Shown: piece after piece, positions 47,640-57,783 of the stretch | Layout of the letters: every line of letters starts with the position of its first letter | Position numbering within the stretch: position 1 is the stretch's first letter | Notes under the pieces: generated by a model | What the model saw: the letters and a program-made list of their open reading frames with translations, nothing else | Told to the model about the DNA's origin: nothing | The model's database searches: none | Translations under genes and position numbers: made by a program | Virus record (IMG/VR): IMGVR_UViG_3300044730_001822 | Coordinates: 1 to 64,000 of that record | From: a virus | DNA length: 64,000 nt | Strand: one strand, 5' to 3'

Positions 47640-48959
47640 ATGCCCAAACTCAGTCTTTACCGCGAGAATTTCACCAACGATTACAAATGGTTTGACCGCA
47701 GGATTTCGGAACAATTCACGGTGGGCTGTGCCACGGTATTGATACACAAGTATGTGGGACCTATCAATCAAGGCACCTCTAACGATGCTACGCAACCTGA
47801 TTATCTAAATCAAAGCGTTAACAACATCCAAGACCTGCTGTATCTAGAAAATCGAGATCGCAAGTATGATACCACGGTGTATAGACTGCGTATGCATCAT
47901 ACCATGCAGAACATAGATTTCGATCTCACACAGTTTGGTCTATTTCTAAACAACGACACATTGTTCTGCACAGTACACAAAACCGACTGTGTGAATACCC
48001 TGGGCCGACTGCTGATGTCGGGCGATGTGATTGAAATGCCTTATCTACGTGAGTTCTTCCCGCTAAACTACGACGAAGTACAGACCAGTCTCAAGAGATA
48101 TTATGTGGTGCAGGACACAGCCAATGCTGCCGAGGGATTCAGTCCCACTTGGTATCCACACCTGTGGCGAGTAAAGTGCGAGCCCTTGGTAGACAGCCAA
48201 GAGTTTGCTCAGATCCTGAATCAGCCCGAAGATCAAACCAACTACTTTGGACCTTGGGGCAACACTATCGCTTACTTTGAAGGAGATCGTGTTACCTTTG
48301 GCGACAAGAATTACATTGCCAAACAGGATGTGCCTACTGGTGTGGCACCCACCGGCAAAGACGACGATCCATATTGGGGGCTAGATCCCAACCAGACTTT
48401 CCGAGACATGATGTCTACTTACCAGAAGAACATAGACATCAACAATGCTATCCTGGCACAGGCCGAGGCCGAAGTACCGCTGTCGGGCTACGACACTGTA
48501 CCTTTCTATATCGTGCCTACCACCATTGACGGTGAACCTTTGGGTTCAAGTTACAATGCAGATCAAACTTTTGTGAACAGTTCGCAAACCGATATTGATG
48601 CTTCATCTCAAAGTATCACGCCCAGAGACAATGCTTGGACCATGGGCTATCTTACCGGTGACGGGCTGCCACCCAATGGTGCTCCTGTTACACCCGGCGT
48701 AGTATTTCCCCGCGATCCCAGAGAAGGCGATTTCTGTCTGCGCCTTGACTATATGCCCAACAGGCTGTTCCGTTTTGACGGCGCACACTGGGTCAAGTTT
48801 GAAGATCGTGTGAGAACCAATATCACGCCCAGTCATACCAACGACACCGAGCACTATGGATTTTACAACAATCCTGGTGACATCTCAACCACGGACCGTG
48901 GTGAGATTCCTCGCAAGCAATCATTATCTAAAGCACTGCGGCCCAAGGACGATAACTAA
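47640..48959 (+). CDS. gp14: Neck protein (T4 gp14-like), extended
   Basis: DLTQFGLF...D...GR....GDVIE.P pattern; precedes gp15. Confidence 0.7.
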   Translation: MPKLSLYRENFTNDYKWFDRRISEQFTVGCATVLIHKYVGPINQGTSNDATQPDYLNQSVNNIQDLLYLENRDRKYDTTVYRLRMHHTMQNIDFDLTQFGLFLNNDTLFCTVHKTDCVNTLGRLLMSGDVIEMPYLREFFPLNYDEVQTSLKRYYVVQDTANAAEGFSPTWYPHLWRVKCEPLVDSQEFAQILNQPEDQTNYFGPWGNTIAYFEGDRVTFGDKNYIAKQDVPTGVAPTGKDDDPYWGLDPNQTFRDMMSTYQKNIDINNAILAQAEAEVPLSGYDTVPFYIVPTTIDGEPLGSSYNADQTFVNSSQTDIDASSQSITPRDNAWTMGYLTGDGLPPNGAPVTPGVVFPRDPREGDFCLRLDYMPNRLFRFDGAHWVKFEDRVRTNITPSHTNDTEHYGFYNNPGDISTTDRGEIPRKQSLSKALRPKDDN

Positions 48960-48964
48960 TAGTC

Positions 48965-50380
48965 ATGGCCAACAATCTCGTACCTTACTTTTATGACGGG
49001 CAAATCCGCAGATTCATGCTGCAGATCGCTCGCGCATTCAGCAACTTCCAGTGTGAATATGGCAAGGACCAAGAAGGCAATCCCATATTGGTCAGGATTC
49101 CGTGTATGTACGGCAATGCTTCTAGACAGGCCGCTGACATCATAGCCAAGAACACACAAAACAACTTGCCTGCGGCACCACAGATTACCTTTTATATTTC
49201 TGCTGTGAAGTATGCCAGAGACCGTGTGCAGGATCCCACCTTCACTGGCAAGATCGCTGTGCGCCAAAGGACCTACGACGAAGTGACCAATACCTACGAG
49301 CGCACCCAAGGCAATGCGTTTATTGTAGAACGCATGATGCCGGTGCCATATGACATCACTGTGAATGTAGATTTTTGGACCAGCAACGAACAACAGAAAC
49401 AAAGCATTTTTGAACAGATTGGTACGCTGTTCAATCCTGCGATAGAAATACAAAGCACTGACAACTACATAGACTGGACCAGCCTCAGTACTTTAGAACA
49501 GACTGATTTACAGTGGAGCAGCCGCACAGTGCCCGTGGGACAAGGCAATCCCATAGACATCATGACCTTTACACTGAAACTGCCGGTGTGGATATCTCCG
49601 CCAGTGAAAGTCACCAAGTATGGTGTGATCCACAAGATCATTACCAACATATTTGACGAGTCGGGCGATGTTAACAATGCTCTCACTGGCGATGATATAT
49701 TGGCTGGAACTCGCGCTGTGGTCACTCCCATGGGTTATCAGATCCTGCTGTTAGAAGGTCAGATACAGTGCTTGCGCAGTAATGTGCCGCATCAACCGCC
49801 CAACGTTGAACTCAATGACCCGGTAGAAGATACAAGCAGTACACTGTTATGGCACAATGTGATCGACCTGTATGGCGCACTGCGTAATGGCATCAGCCAG
49901 ATACGCATCCAGAATCACGATCTAGAAACTGAAATAGTGGGTACCGTGGCTTATCATCCATCAGATGATCGTGTGATGTTGTTCTCTGTTCATGCAGATA
50001 CCTTACCTCCCAATACCTTACAGCCCATTAACGCTGTTATCAATCCACAGCGTTCGGGTCCAGGTTCAGGATTACCGTTGGCTGCCCCGGGGCAGCGTTA
50101 TTTGTTGACTGACAACATAGGCAGTGAGGACAACACAGAGCCAGCGCCGGCCTGGACCGAAAACGGCGTAGGTTTGATAGCTGCTGCCGATGACATCATT
50201 GAATACGATGGCCAGCGTTGGTTTATCTCTTTTGATGCCAGCGAAGTGCAACCTGGCCAGCAGATAGAGTTTGTGACCAATCTCAAGACCAAAGTACAAT
50301 ATAAATTTGATCAAGAAATAGGCTGGATCAAAAGTTATGAAGGTTTCTATCGCGGCGGCGATTGGAGCATTGTGCTTTGA
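48965..50380 (+). CDS. gp15: Tail sheath stabilizer/terminator (T4 gp15-like)
   Basis: YFYDGQIRR, F.NF, IP..YG, PVPY.I, EQI..LFNP, W.SPP. Confidence 0.85.
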   Translation: MANNLVPYFYDGQIRRFMLQIARAFSNFQCEYGKDQEGNPILVRIPCMYGNASRQAADIIAKNTQNNLPAAPQITFYISAVKYARDRVQDPTFTGKIAVRQRTYDEVTNTYERTQGNAFIVERMMPVPYDITVNVDFWTSNEQQKQSIFEQIGTLFNPAIEIQSTDNYIDWTSLSTLEQTDLQWSSRTVPVGQGNPIDIMTFTLKLPVWISPPVKVTKYGVIHKIITNIFDESGDVNNALTGDDILAGTRAVVTPMGYQILLLEGQIQCLRSNVPHQPPNVELNDPVEDTSSTLLWHNVIDLYGALRNGISQIRIQNHDLETEIVGTVAYHPSDDRVMLFSVHADTLPPNTLQPINAVINPQRSGPGSGLPLAAPGQRYLLTDNIGSEDNTEPAPAWTENGVGLIAAADDIIEYDGQRWFISFDASEVQPGQQIEFVTNLKTKVQYKFDQEIGWIKSYEGFYRGGDWSIVL

Positions 50381-50796
50381 AATCAGTTGATGCTGTTGGC
50401 ATCATGTTTTACAGTGCTGCCACACATAGATATCTTTACTTACTACGCAACGATCCCAAACATCCAGGTTCCTGGGGACTGCCCGGCGGTAAGATAGAAT
50501 CAGGTGAATCCATGCTGGATGCTGTGACAAGAGAATGCCAGGAAGAACTGGGTATGATTCCTGCATATCAAAAACTCATTCCCATTGAAAAGTTCACCAG
50601 CAACGACAACAATTTCAACTATCACACATTCTTTTGCGCCGTGGCAGAAGAATTTGTACCTACACTAAATCACGAACACATTGGCTATGCCTGGGTGGCC
50701 GCAGGTACAGTGCCCAAACCTCTGCATCCAGGTCTGTATGCCACATTCAAGATTGAAGAAATCCGAGACAAACTGGCAGTGATTGAACGCCACTGA
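50362..50796 (+). CDS. NUDIX hydrolase
   Basis: WGLPGGKIESGES...AVTRECQEELG Nudix box; LNHEH. Confidence 0.92.
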   Translation: MEHCALKSVDAVGIMFYSAATHRYLYLLRNDPKHPGSWGLPGGKIESGESMLDAVTRECQEELGMIPAYQKLIPIEKFTSNDNNFNYHTFFCAVAEEFVPTLNHEHIGYAWVAAGTVPKPLHPGLYATFKIEEIRDKLAVIERH

Positions 50797-50815
50797 TTAA
50801 GTTAAAAATCGTAAA

Positions 50816-51298
50816 TTACGATTTAATACCAATCAAGATGTGACTGATTCTGCTGGCCAACCAGGTATTTGAGTTGGTAGAGCCGTAGCCAGTGTTGATT
50901 GCGCTACGCACACTGGCATTCAATGCACTGGCATCGTAGACCACTAGCACTACTCTATTTTCACTTGCCACACCATTCAACGCATTTGCCAATGCAGTGA
51001 GTTGAGCAGGATCAATGTATGTATCGTACCAGTTGATACTAACAGTGGCACCACTGGGTGATAATACCGCCATTGTGTGTCCACGGTTTGCGGTATTTAC
51101 AATTTCAACATCATTGACTTGTACTACGGCGTTTTGATAACCGGGCACATCATATGTTGACGAATACGCATAAATCTTAGTGGGACCAACGTATTGTGTG
51201 GTTGATATTGCCACAGTTGTGCCAAATGCTTCATACCATGTGTATGGTGGGTACGTGGGCTGTACATTGTTCATGATCATCATCTGTGCGCTGCTCAT
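50816..51298 (-). CDS. Fibre-associated protein with an ILEI/GG-type lectin-like domain
   Basis: RGHTMAVL...G....YDTY.....L...L..V.....VVLVVYDAS.L. Confidence 0.55.
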   Translation of the reverse strand: MSSAQMMIMNNVQPTYPPYTWYEAFGTTVAISTTQYVGPTKIYAYSSTYDVPGYQNAVVQVNDVEIVNTANRGHTMAVLSPSGATVSINWYDTYIDPAQLTALANALNGVASENRVVLVVYDASALNASVRSAINTGYGSTNSNTWLASRISHILIGIKS

Positions 51299-51984
51299 AC
51301 ACCAAACCTACCTTTCAAAGCATAGTAGTTTTGTCGGATTCGCTCAATGCTTAACTTTTGATTGTATAAAAACATATTGGCCACATAGCCCCAGGGTTGG
51401 CCGGCAAGATCATTGTTGCCCCAGCCCCAATGTGTGGTTCCTCCTGCCCCATATGCTATTGAACTTCCAACTTGTGAACCATTTATGTAAAATGTTTGAG
51501 ATGAATTGTCACCAACCACAGCATATTGAACCCAGATGCCAACCGAAGATGCGAGGTCGTATCCTGAACTTCTAAATTCGGTATCCCAATATCCCAGTGT
51601 ATTTGTTCCATTGGGGATGGTGATTGGTGTGTATTTGGGTGAATTTGTATAAAGCAATGTTCTAAATGATGCTGGATTGCCTGCTTCCAATCTAGCCCAG
51701 GTGATATATGTATATCCCGAGGTCGGTAATGTAGGACCAGTTCCATTTACAACAACTCTATTATTGCCTGTAGTACAGTCAAAACATTTAACACCACCCA
51801 GTACAGTGTATGTGGCACCAGTTAATGTATGTGTGTATCCGTTGCCTGACAGATCTGTGATTGCAGTTCCTGTGCCTGGATAACTGGCAGCATTGTCTGC
51901 ATCAATATATATTGCCAAATTGTTGGTGTATATAGTTGCATCATACACATCACTGCCAGTGAGTGTCACACCCGAAATAAACAT
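51295..51984 (-). CDS. LamG-like lectin-domain fibre-associated protein
   Basis: MFISGVTL; DA.N..SYPGTG...TDLSGNG...W.Q.AVV...FYING...YN..LS...I.QNY.A.K.RFG; TAATG coupling to the fibre gene. Confidence 0.75.
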   Translation of the reverse strand: MFISGVTLTGSDVYDATIYTNNLAIYIDADNAASYPGTGTAITDLSGNGYTHTLTGATYTVLGGVKCFDCTTGNNRVVVNGTGPTLPTSGYTYITWARLEAGNPASFRTLLYTNSPKYTPITIPNGTNTLGYWDTEFRSSGYDLASSVGIWVQYAVVGDNSSQTFYINGSQVGSSIAYGAGGTTHWGWGNNDLAGQPWGYVANMFLYNQKLSIERIRQNYYALKGRFGV

Positions 51985-54900
51985 TAGGCTATCCCTGTGC
52001 CGTTGATCATCCAAACATTGGCTGCCACATTCAACAATGAAGCCATGCCATAGGAAGAAACTGTTCTGTTGGCTGCCGTGCTGTTGCCTGCTAGATACAA
52101 ACTCACACCTGTGCCTTGTGCAATTGTGATATTGCCTGTGCCACGATTGACCACTGTTATGGCTGTGCCTATGGTCCAAGATACAGAAGAGTTGTTAGCG
52201 ATAGTCAATGTGTTGCCAGTACTCAACGTAGAATAGTAATGCTTGCCACCATCAGTGGCTGACAAAGTAGCATCGCCGGTAAATGCAACCTGTGGAATAT
52301 CTCTATAGCCAAGAGTATATCCTGCAGTATTGCCCGAAATATTGCCACCGATAATATTTAAATTGCCTGTGACATTACTGCTGTAACTGACTTCTTTGGT
52401 CCCATCGTTGTACTGTAATATGCCTGCATTACCCGATGTATTCCTAACAGGCGCTACCACAAACGAGTTGGCTGTGGTGTTGTTTAGATTGGCTCCTGTG
52501 CTGTTCAACACTATGGAATTGTTGGCTTGATTCGCACGACCTGCGCGGAAACCAATAGATATGGAATTTGTGCCTTGGCTGTTGCCACCGGCTTCTGCAC
52601 CAATGGCTATGGCACCTGCCAGTTGTGAATCTCTAGCAGCACCTATACCAATGGCCACTGTGTAGTAATCTTGCGCCACATTGCCTGCGTTCACGCCAAT
52701 GGCCACAGCAGTCTGGCTTTGTGTGGCACCGCCTGCGCCTGTGCCAAGAGCAATATAAGTGTTGGCTACACCTGTCCAGGCTGTGTTCTGATATGTGGCA
52801 TCACCAAATGTTATTCGATCTGTTACTGCAATATTACCAGCAGTGATATTGCCAGTAGCGGACAAATTGTTAACCGCGGTTGTGCCGTTGGCCAGTGTTG
52901 CGTTACCTGCGTTGTCAAACACATAGTTATAACTGCCGGCGATCAATGTGACATTGGGAGTGGTGCCTTGCACATTGCCAGTGATTGAAATGTTGCCTAT
53001 CAAGTTACCGGCAGTGATGTTGCCCGTGGTAACGATAGTATTTGACCCGTAGGCAGCCAAGAAGTTGGCCACATTGGCATTGCCATATGTGCCAGCTAAA
53101 TTAGACAGGATGTTTACACCATTGGAAAAGTTGATGTTGCCATTTTGAGGCAGAGTCAAATTGCCGTCAGTGGTAAAATTCCAAAGTTTGCTAGTAACAT
53201 TGGTTTGTGTTTCAATCTGGAATGATTTATCAACACCGGTTAAAAAGTTAACTGTGTTTGGACCTCTAGCATTTGATAATGTAACTCCTGTTGGGAATGT
53301 TGTGGTACCGGTGTTGCTAAATGTCCAGGTGTATCCAGACTTCACAATGTTACCTGCGATGTTGCCAGTGTAGGTTGGCAAGTAATCGGCCACATTGGCA
53401 TTGCCATAGGTAGCAGACAAACCTGTGAGTTGACTACCATTGCCAATGAAGTAATTGCCGGTCACATTGCCCACAGTGGTGATACCCACATTGGCTATCA
53501 AGTTGCCCGACGCAGTGATATTGCCTGTGGCGCTCACAGTAGAGATACTGCTGAAGCCGGACAAGGTGGGTGCCGGGCTGGCTCCTGTAGCGCGGATGCC
53601 TCCGGACACCACAAGATAGTCTGCCGATACATTGCCAGTGGCCGAAACCTGTGCGGTGCTAAACACACCGTCTTTGTCAAAGTCATAGATGGCTATGTTG
53701 CCGCCATTGGTGCCAGTGACAATACGCACGGTCTGCGTGTTCTGCAACGGCGTGTAGACAGCAGCTATGTTGCTGCTCATCAAGTTGGCAATGTCTTCTG
53801 CCCAGTATGATGTGACTGTGCCGTTGGCTCCAGATGCTATAAACGACAACGGTAGATTATCAGCAGGCTGTAATAAAGCACTTTCGGTGCCAAATACAAT
53901 AGTGTCGCCACTGAGAATCATATCACCTGCTAAAATCAAGTTTGCGTCTGCACCAAATGTCCAATTGTAGCCATGAGCCCCAATATTGACATTACCATCA
54001 CCAATTATATTAAAGTCCTCGGGTCCAGTTTGGTGCATAATAGTATTGGACCAGGTTAAATTATTGCCATTGATATCGATGTTGCCAGGAACGGATAAGT
54101 TACCATCGTTGCCAAAGGTCCAGGTCTGAGGTGTACCTGAGTTGGCTGTAAGCACAATATTGGCGTTTGATTGTATCAGTGGTGTATTGACCGCACCAAC
54201 GCTGATGCCAATGTTGGCGGTCAACGGTGCTTGATAATCTACATACAAAGCAAGTTGACTTGCACCTGTATATGCTGTGTAATCTAATTCTAAAGTGCTG
54301 GCATTGTAGTAGTTGCCAGTAACAAAATCATTGTAACTTAGGCTGGTGGCATTAGAAAAATACTGACTGCTGATCGTAGCATATCCATCAAGTACGCTGA
54401 TACCATTGGCATAGTTTATGTTACTGGTGTTACCAGGCAATGCCAGGTTGCCATCGTTGCCAAAGGTCCAAGTGTAGCCACCGCTGTGTATTCTTGCTTC
54501 TGGAGCATTACCATATTGCGCTGTAATCTCAAAATTGGTATTTTCTGGGCCAAGGAAGATGTTGGCTGTTGGTTGTTCCACATTGCCGCCAATGCCCGGC
54601 GCACGCAAATGAATGTGCCCAGGAGCAGTGGGATCCAATACCAACACTTGATCATTGACTGTGTCGTCAGGAGTGAGAGTCAGTGTGGTATAACCACCAC
54701 CATCACCAGAAGAATTTCCCATCCACTCTATGCGACCATCGTTGTTGGCAGTGACACCAACAATGTTGCCGGCCACCGACAGGGGAACGTTCTGTATCAG
54801 CACGTCCGTTGGCAGCACCACAAGATTGTTGAATCCACCGGCTCCGATGTTGACTCCATTGTTGGCCACTAGAGCACTGATGTTCTCAACGGCAAAATTT

Positions 54901-56540
54901 AGACTGTCAAGATTGGTTATGTTGCCTACCAATCCTTGCACGTTGCCCAAGAAATAGTTGGCTGTGGTGGTGTTGCCGGTGTTGTCAAAAATCAAGTTTG
55001 CGTAACCTGCTTTGAATACCAGGGCCTCGCTGCCAAACAGCACCGAACCATTGATCACTGGCGTGTATGCGGCCTGTGCCTGTGGCAAATACATCCAGCC
55101 ATAATTGTCATATGACCATGTGTAATTGCCACCGTCGGTGGTGATTTCCACAGCACCACCTGTGTTGGCGTTCATATTGACGTTGTTCACAGCAGTTTTG
55201 ATTGTGCTGCCGTTGACAAAATTGATATTGCCAGCACCAAGATTGCCTGCGTATGTGGGCAAGTAATTGGCCACATTGGCATTGCTGTATGAACTGCCAG
55301 CCGAGATGCCGGTTAAGAATGCACCGTTACCGATAAAATACTGACTGCTCACATTGCCCGAAACTGAAAGATTGCCGCCCGTGATGATTCCATTGGGCGA
55401 CTGAAAATGTCCATCGTTTTCAAATGAAAACTGATAGGCACTGACTCCTACCACATCATAGGTCTTGACTCGGATCTCTTTGGTCACGTCGTCAACTTCC
55501 ACGTGAACATCTTCGCCACCTAGATACAGATAGGAGTTGCTGGCATCCTGGATGCCGCCTGCACGGATGTGTATGTGTCCGGTGTTGTAGGGATCTATCA
55601 CCACATATCGATCTTCGGGCACTAGATTATCATCAGGAATCAACTTCAGCACGTTGAGATTGCTGCCGTTGATTTCCCAGCGCAGGCTTCCTGTGTTGCC
55701 AGCAGTTTCTGCCACCAGACTACCCGGCATGGTCAAATTACCTGCTGTGTCAAAGGTCCAGGCATTGGCTCCGTCGGTGGTGACCACAACATTTCCGTCA
55801 ATGGTGCCTATATCCACAGTGGAAGTGCCGTTGGCGATAAAGGATCCCAGAGCCGAAATTCCAGTAAGTTGTGATCCATTGCCTACAAAATAACCTGCAG
55901 AAACGTTGCCAGCACCCGTGAAGTCACCTTCAGTATCATATAGCCAATTACCACCTGCGGTTGAAACCTTGACATTGCCATTGGCCACTAGATTGTAAAT
56001 ATGCAGATTGGCTACATCAGCAGTGGCATCGTCGGGCACAGTGATGCCAACTAGCCCAGCAGTACCGCTGGGTCTAATGCTGACGCTGGTTTCGCTCGCA
56101 TTGTTGGCCAACTCAATGTTAGTTCCGTCTATGGCCACATTGGAAATTTGATCAGGAGTGCGTGCGAAATTTATTGGGGTGGTACCAATAATCACAGGAT
56201 TGGGAGTGGTCAGTGTCCAGGTGGTCTGCGCATATTCTGCGCCATCTGTTACAGACACAGTCAATCCCGAGTTCACTGCAGAACTCAATCCTGAATTGAT
56301 ATTGATCCAGTCTGGTGCAGGCACCAACAGTGTTTGCGCAGCATTGACCTGATAGATGCCGTTTTCGGTAGCATCAGTTTGCGCTGTGAGCAGCACACGG
56401 TCATAGGGATCTAAAACCACTGCGTCAATGACCAGTGCGCCAGGGCTGGCTAGATTGATGTTTGAGTCAGATAAAGCACGGACCGCCTGTTTCCAGTCGA
56501 TGTCGTAGACCTGATAAGCGCGGGGTTTTGTTGCTGGCAT
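51984..56540 (-). CDS. Long tail fibre-like protein (1518 aa)
   Basis: N-terminal DWKQAVRA...DRVLL..Q....NGIY domain; many WTF...GNL.LP and YFIGNGSQLTG repeats; YadA-like AIAIG..A repeats; C-terminal GYRDIPQ...YGMA.L...W.I.G.G domain. Confidence 0.8.
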   Translation of the reverse strand: MPATKPRAYQVYDIDWKQAVRALSDSNINLASPGALVIDAVVLDPYDRVLLTAQTDATENGIYQVNAAQTLLVPAPDWININSGLSSAVNSGLTVSVTDGAEYAQTTWTLTTPNPVIIGTTPINFARTPDQISNVAIDGTNIELANNASETSVSIRPSGTAGLVGITVPDDATADVANLHIYNLVANGNVKVSTAGGNWLYDTEGDFTGAGNVSAGYFVGNGSQLTGISALGSFIANGTSTVDIGTIDGNVVVTTDGANAWTFDTAGNLTMPGSLVAETAGNTGSLRWEINGSNLNVLKLIPDDNLVPEDRYVVIDPYNTGHIHIRAGGIQDASNSYLYLGGEDVHVEVDDVTKEIRVKTYDVVGVSAYQFSFENDGHFQSPNGIITGGNLSVSGNVSSQYFIGNGAFLTGISAGSSYSNANVANYLPTYAGNLGAGNINFVNGSTIKTAVNNVNMNANTGGAVEITTDGGNYTWSYDNYGWMYLPQAQAAYTPVINGSVLFGSEALVFKAGYANLIFDNTGNTTTANYFLGNVQGLVGNITNLDSLNFAVENISALVANNGVNIGAGGFNNLVVLPTDVLIQNVPLSVAGNIVGVTANNDGRIEWMGNSSGDGGGYTTLTLTPDDTVNDQVLVLDPTAPGHIHLRAPGIGGNVEQPTANIFLGPENTNFEITAQYGNAPEARIHSGGYTWTFGNDGNLALPGNTSNINYANGISVLDGYATISSQYFSNATSLSYNDFVTGNYYNASTLELDYTAYTGASQLALYVDYQAPLTANIGISVGAVNTPLIQSNANIVLTANSGTPQTWTFGNDGNLSVPGNIDINGNNLTWSNTIMHQTGPEDFNIIGDGNVNIGAHGYNWTFGADANLILAGDMILSGDTIVFGTESALLQPADNLPLSFIASGANGTVTSYWAEDIANLMSSNIAAVYTPLQNTQTVRIVTGTNGGNIAIYDFDKDGVFSTAQVSATGNVSADYLVVSGGIRATGASPAPTLSGFSSISTVSATGNITASGNLIANVGITTVGNVTGNYFIGNGSQLTGLSATYGNANVADYLPTYTGNIAGNIVKSGYTWTFSNTGTTTFPTGVTLSNARGPNTVNFLTGVDKSFQIETQTNVTSKLWNFTTDGNLTLPQNGNINFSNGVNILSNLAGTYGNANVANFLAAYGSNTIVTTGNITAGNLIGNISITGNVQGTTPNVTLIAGSYNYVFDNAGNATLANGTTAVNNLSATGNITAGNIAVTDRITFGDATYQNTAWTGVANTYIALGTGAGGATQSQTAVAIGVNAGNVAQDYYTVAIGIGAARDSQLAGAIAIGAEAGGNSQGTNSISIGFRAGRANQANNSIVLNSTGANLNNTTANSFVVAPVRNTSGNAGILQYNDGTKEVSYSSNVTGNLNIIGGNISGNTAGYTLGYRDIPQVAFTGDATLSATDGGKHYYSTLSTGNTLTIANNSSVSWTIGTAITVVNRGTGNITIAQGTGVSLYLAGNSTAANRTVSSYGMASLLNVAANVWMINGTGIA

Positions 56541-56595
56541 AAGCTGTTTCCAATTTATAACTATTTAGCGGAAACAGCGGTTGGTACAGGGTGTG

Positions 56596-57330
56596 CTACT
56601 TAAATGACGGTCCTGTGATCCAGGCCACAAGGCTGTATCTAGTGCCCTTGGTCACGGGTGTGACCCTGTGTAAAACATAACTGGGAAATACCGTGACAAA
56701 TCCCTGCTCTTTGTTGGGCACAGTGGGCTCTTTGCCGTAGTACAGTTCCAGGTCTCCGCCAACATAATCCTTTGGATCAGACAACTGCAATGTAAAACTC
56801 AGTTTCCTGGTCCAGGTATTGAGTCCGCGATCTATGTGCTGATCATATTTGCCCCCGGGAGCATCATAGCGTGTGAACTGGAATCCTTCGATAAATCCAA
56901 ACAAGTCAAACTTGAAAAATTTTGAATTCAAATCTACTATGACATCTGTGACCCGACGGAAAATCCAATGGCTGTCATCACAGGGCATGAGCCAAGAATT
57001 TTTGCTGTCGCGGATGTTGGGTGCAACATCATTGCCTCGAATGCGACTATTGTCAACAATTCTCGCGTTGCCTATTTCAATGATTTTGCGACATTCATCA
57101 GGTGTAAATGCACCTTGGAAGTAGGCCCAATCTTCCACATGATCCAGTTGGAAAGGCCATACCGTTGATGATTGGTCAATCTTTACAACAGACGCAGACT
57201 GCGACGCTGTTTTTTTTGTTGAAACTTTGGCTGCTGTTTTGGTTTTTGCAGACTTGGCCACAGGTTTTTTTACTGCAACCTGTGCTGATTTGAATTCTTG
57301 TGTTGTGGAAGTTTTAGCGTTCTTAGACAT
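56596..57330 (-). CDS. 2OG-Fe(II) oxygenase (prolyl-4-hydroxylase/PKHD-type)
   Basis: QFTRY...YDQHID (HxD), RKLS..LQLS, GG.L, FPSY.LHRVTPVTKGTRYSLVAW. Confidence 0.92.
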   Translation of the reverse strand: MSKNAKTSTTQEFKSAQVAVKKPVAKSAKTKTAAKVSTKKTASQSASVVKIDQSSTVWPFQLDHVEDWAYFQGAFTPDECRKIIEIGNARIVDNSRIRGNDVAPNIRDSKNSWLMPCDDSHWIFRRVTDVIVDLNSKFFKFDLFGFIEGFQFTRYDAPGGKYDQHIDRGLNTWTRKLSFTLQLSDPKDYVGGDLELYYGKEPTVPNKEQGFVTVFPSYVLHRVTPVTKGTRYSLVAWITGPSFK

Positions 57331-57368
57331 AACTTTAGTTATCTATGTCTAAGAACCGCTGAAAAAAA

Positions 57369-57764
57369 TTATGGATTCTCTTCTGGGACTACAACTACCC
57401 AACTCACTGTAGATTCATCCCAGTCATACTCTTGTCCGTCGGTGGGTTCAGGAATTGGTGGCTTCCACTGACCAGTAAAATCATCCACTATCCAACTGGG
57501 ATAAGGATCCGGCTTTGGTGGAATGAACGCATCTCTGGCAGCATCATAGGAATAGCCAATACCTGCATAATTTTTACGCAGAGCCTTGGACTGATCCGCA
57601 GATGGAGTGTTGGAATTGGGCTCATAGTGTACGCCTGCTTTGGTATTGTAACTGGTCTGGATCCACTGTGCTGGGTCGCCCACTGCACCAGAATCAATAA
57701 AATCCTGCTCGGCTACAATTACTTGCGTAACTTTGCCGCCTTCTACTTTGGCAAAATGTGACAT
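57369..57764 (-). CDS. Fibre-associated small protein (assembly chaperone-like)
   Basis: MSHFAK...V.QVIVAE, W.QTSYN, RKNYAGIG..YD...DAF.PP.P.PSW, Y.WDE. Confidence 0.65.
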   Translation of the reverse strand: MSHFAKVEGGKVTQVIVAEQDFIDSGAVGDPAQWIQTSYNTKAGVHYEPNSNTPSADQSKALRKNYAGIGYSYDAARDAFIPPKPDPYPSWIVDDFTGQWKPPIPEPTDGQEYDWDESTVSWVVVVPEENP

Positions 57765-57783
57765 AAATCTATCCTTTTAAAAA

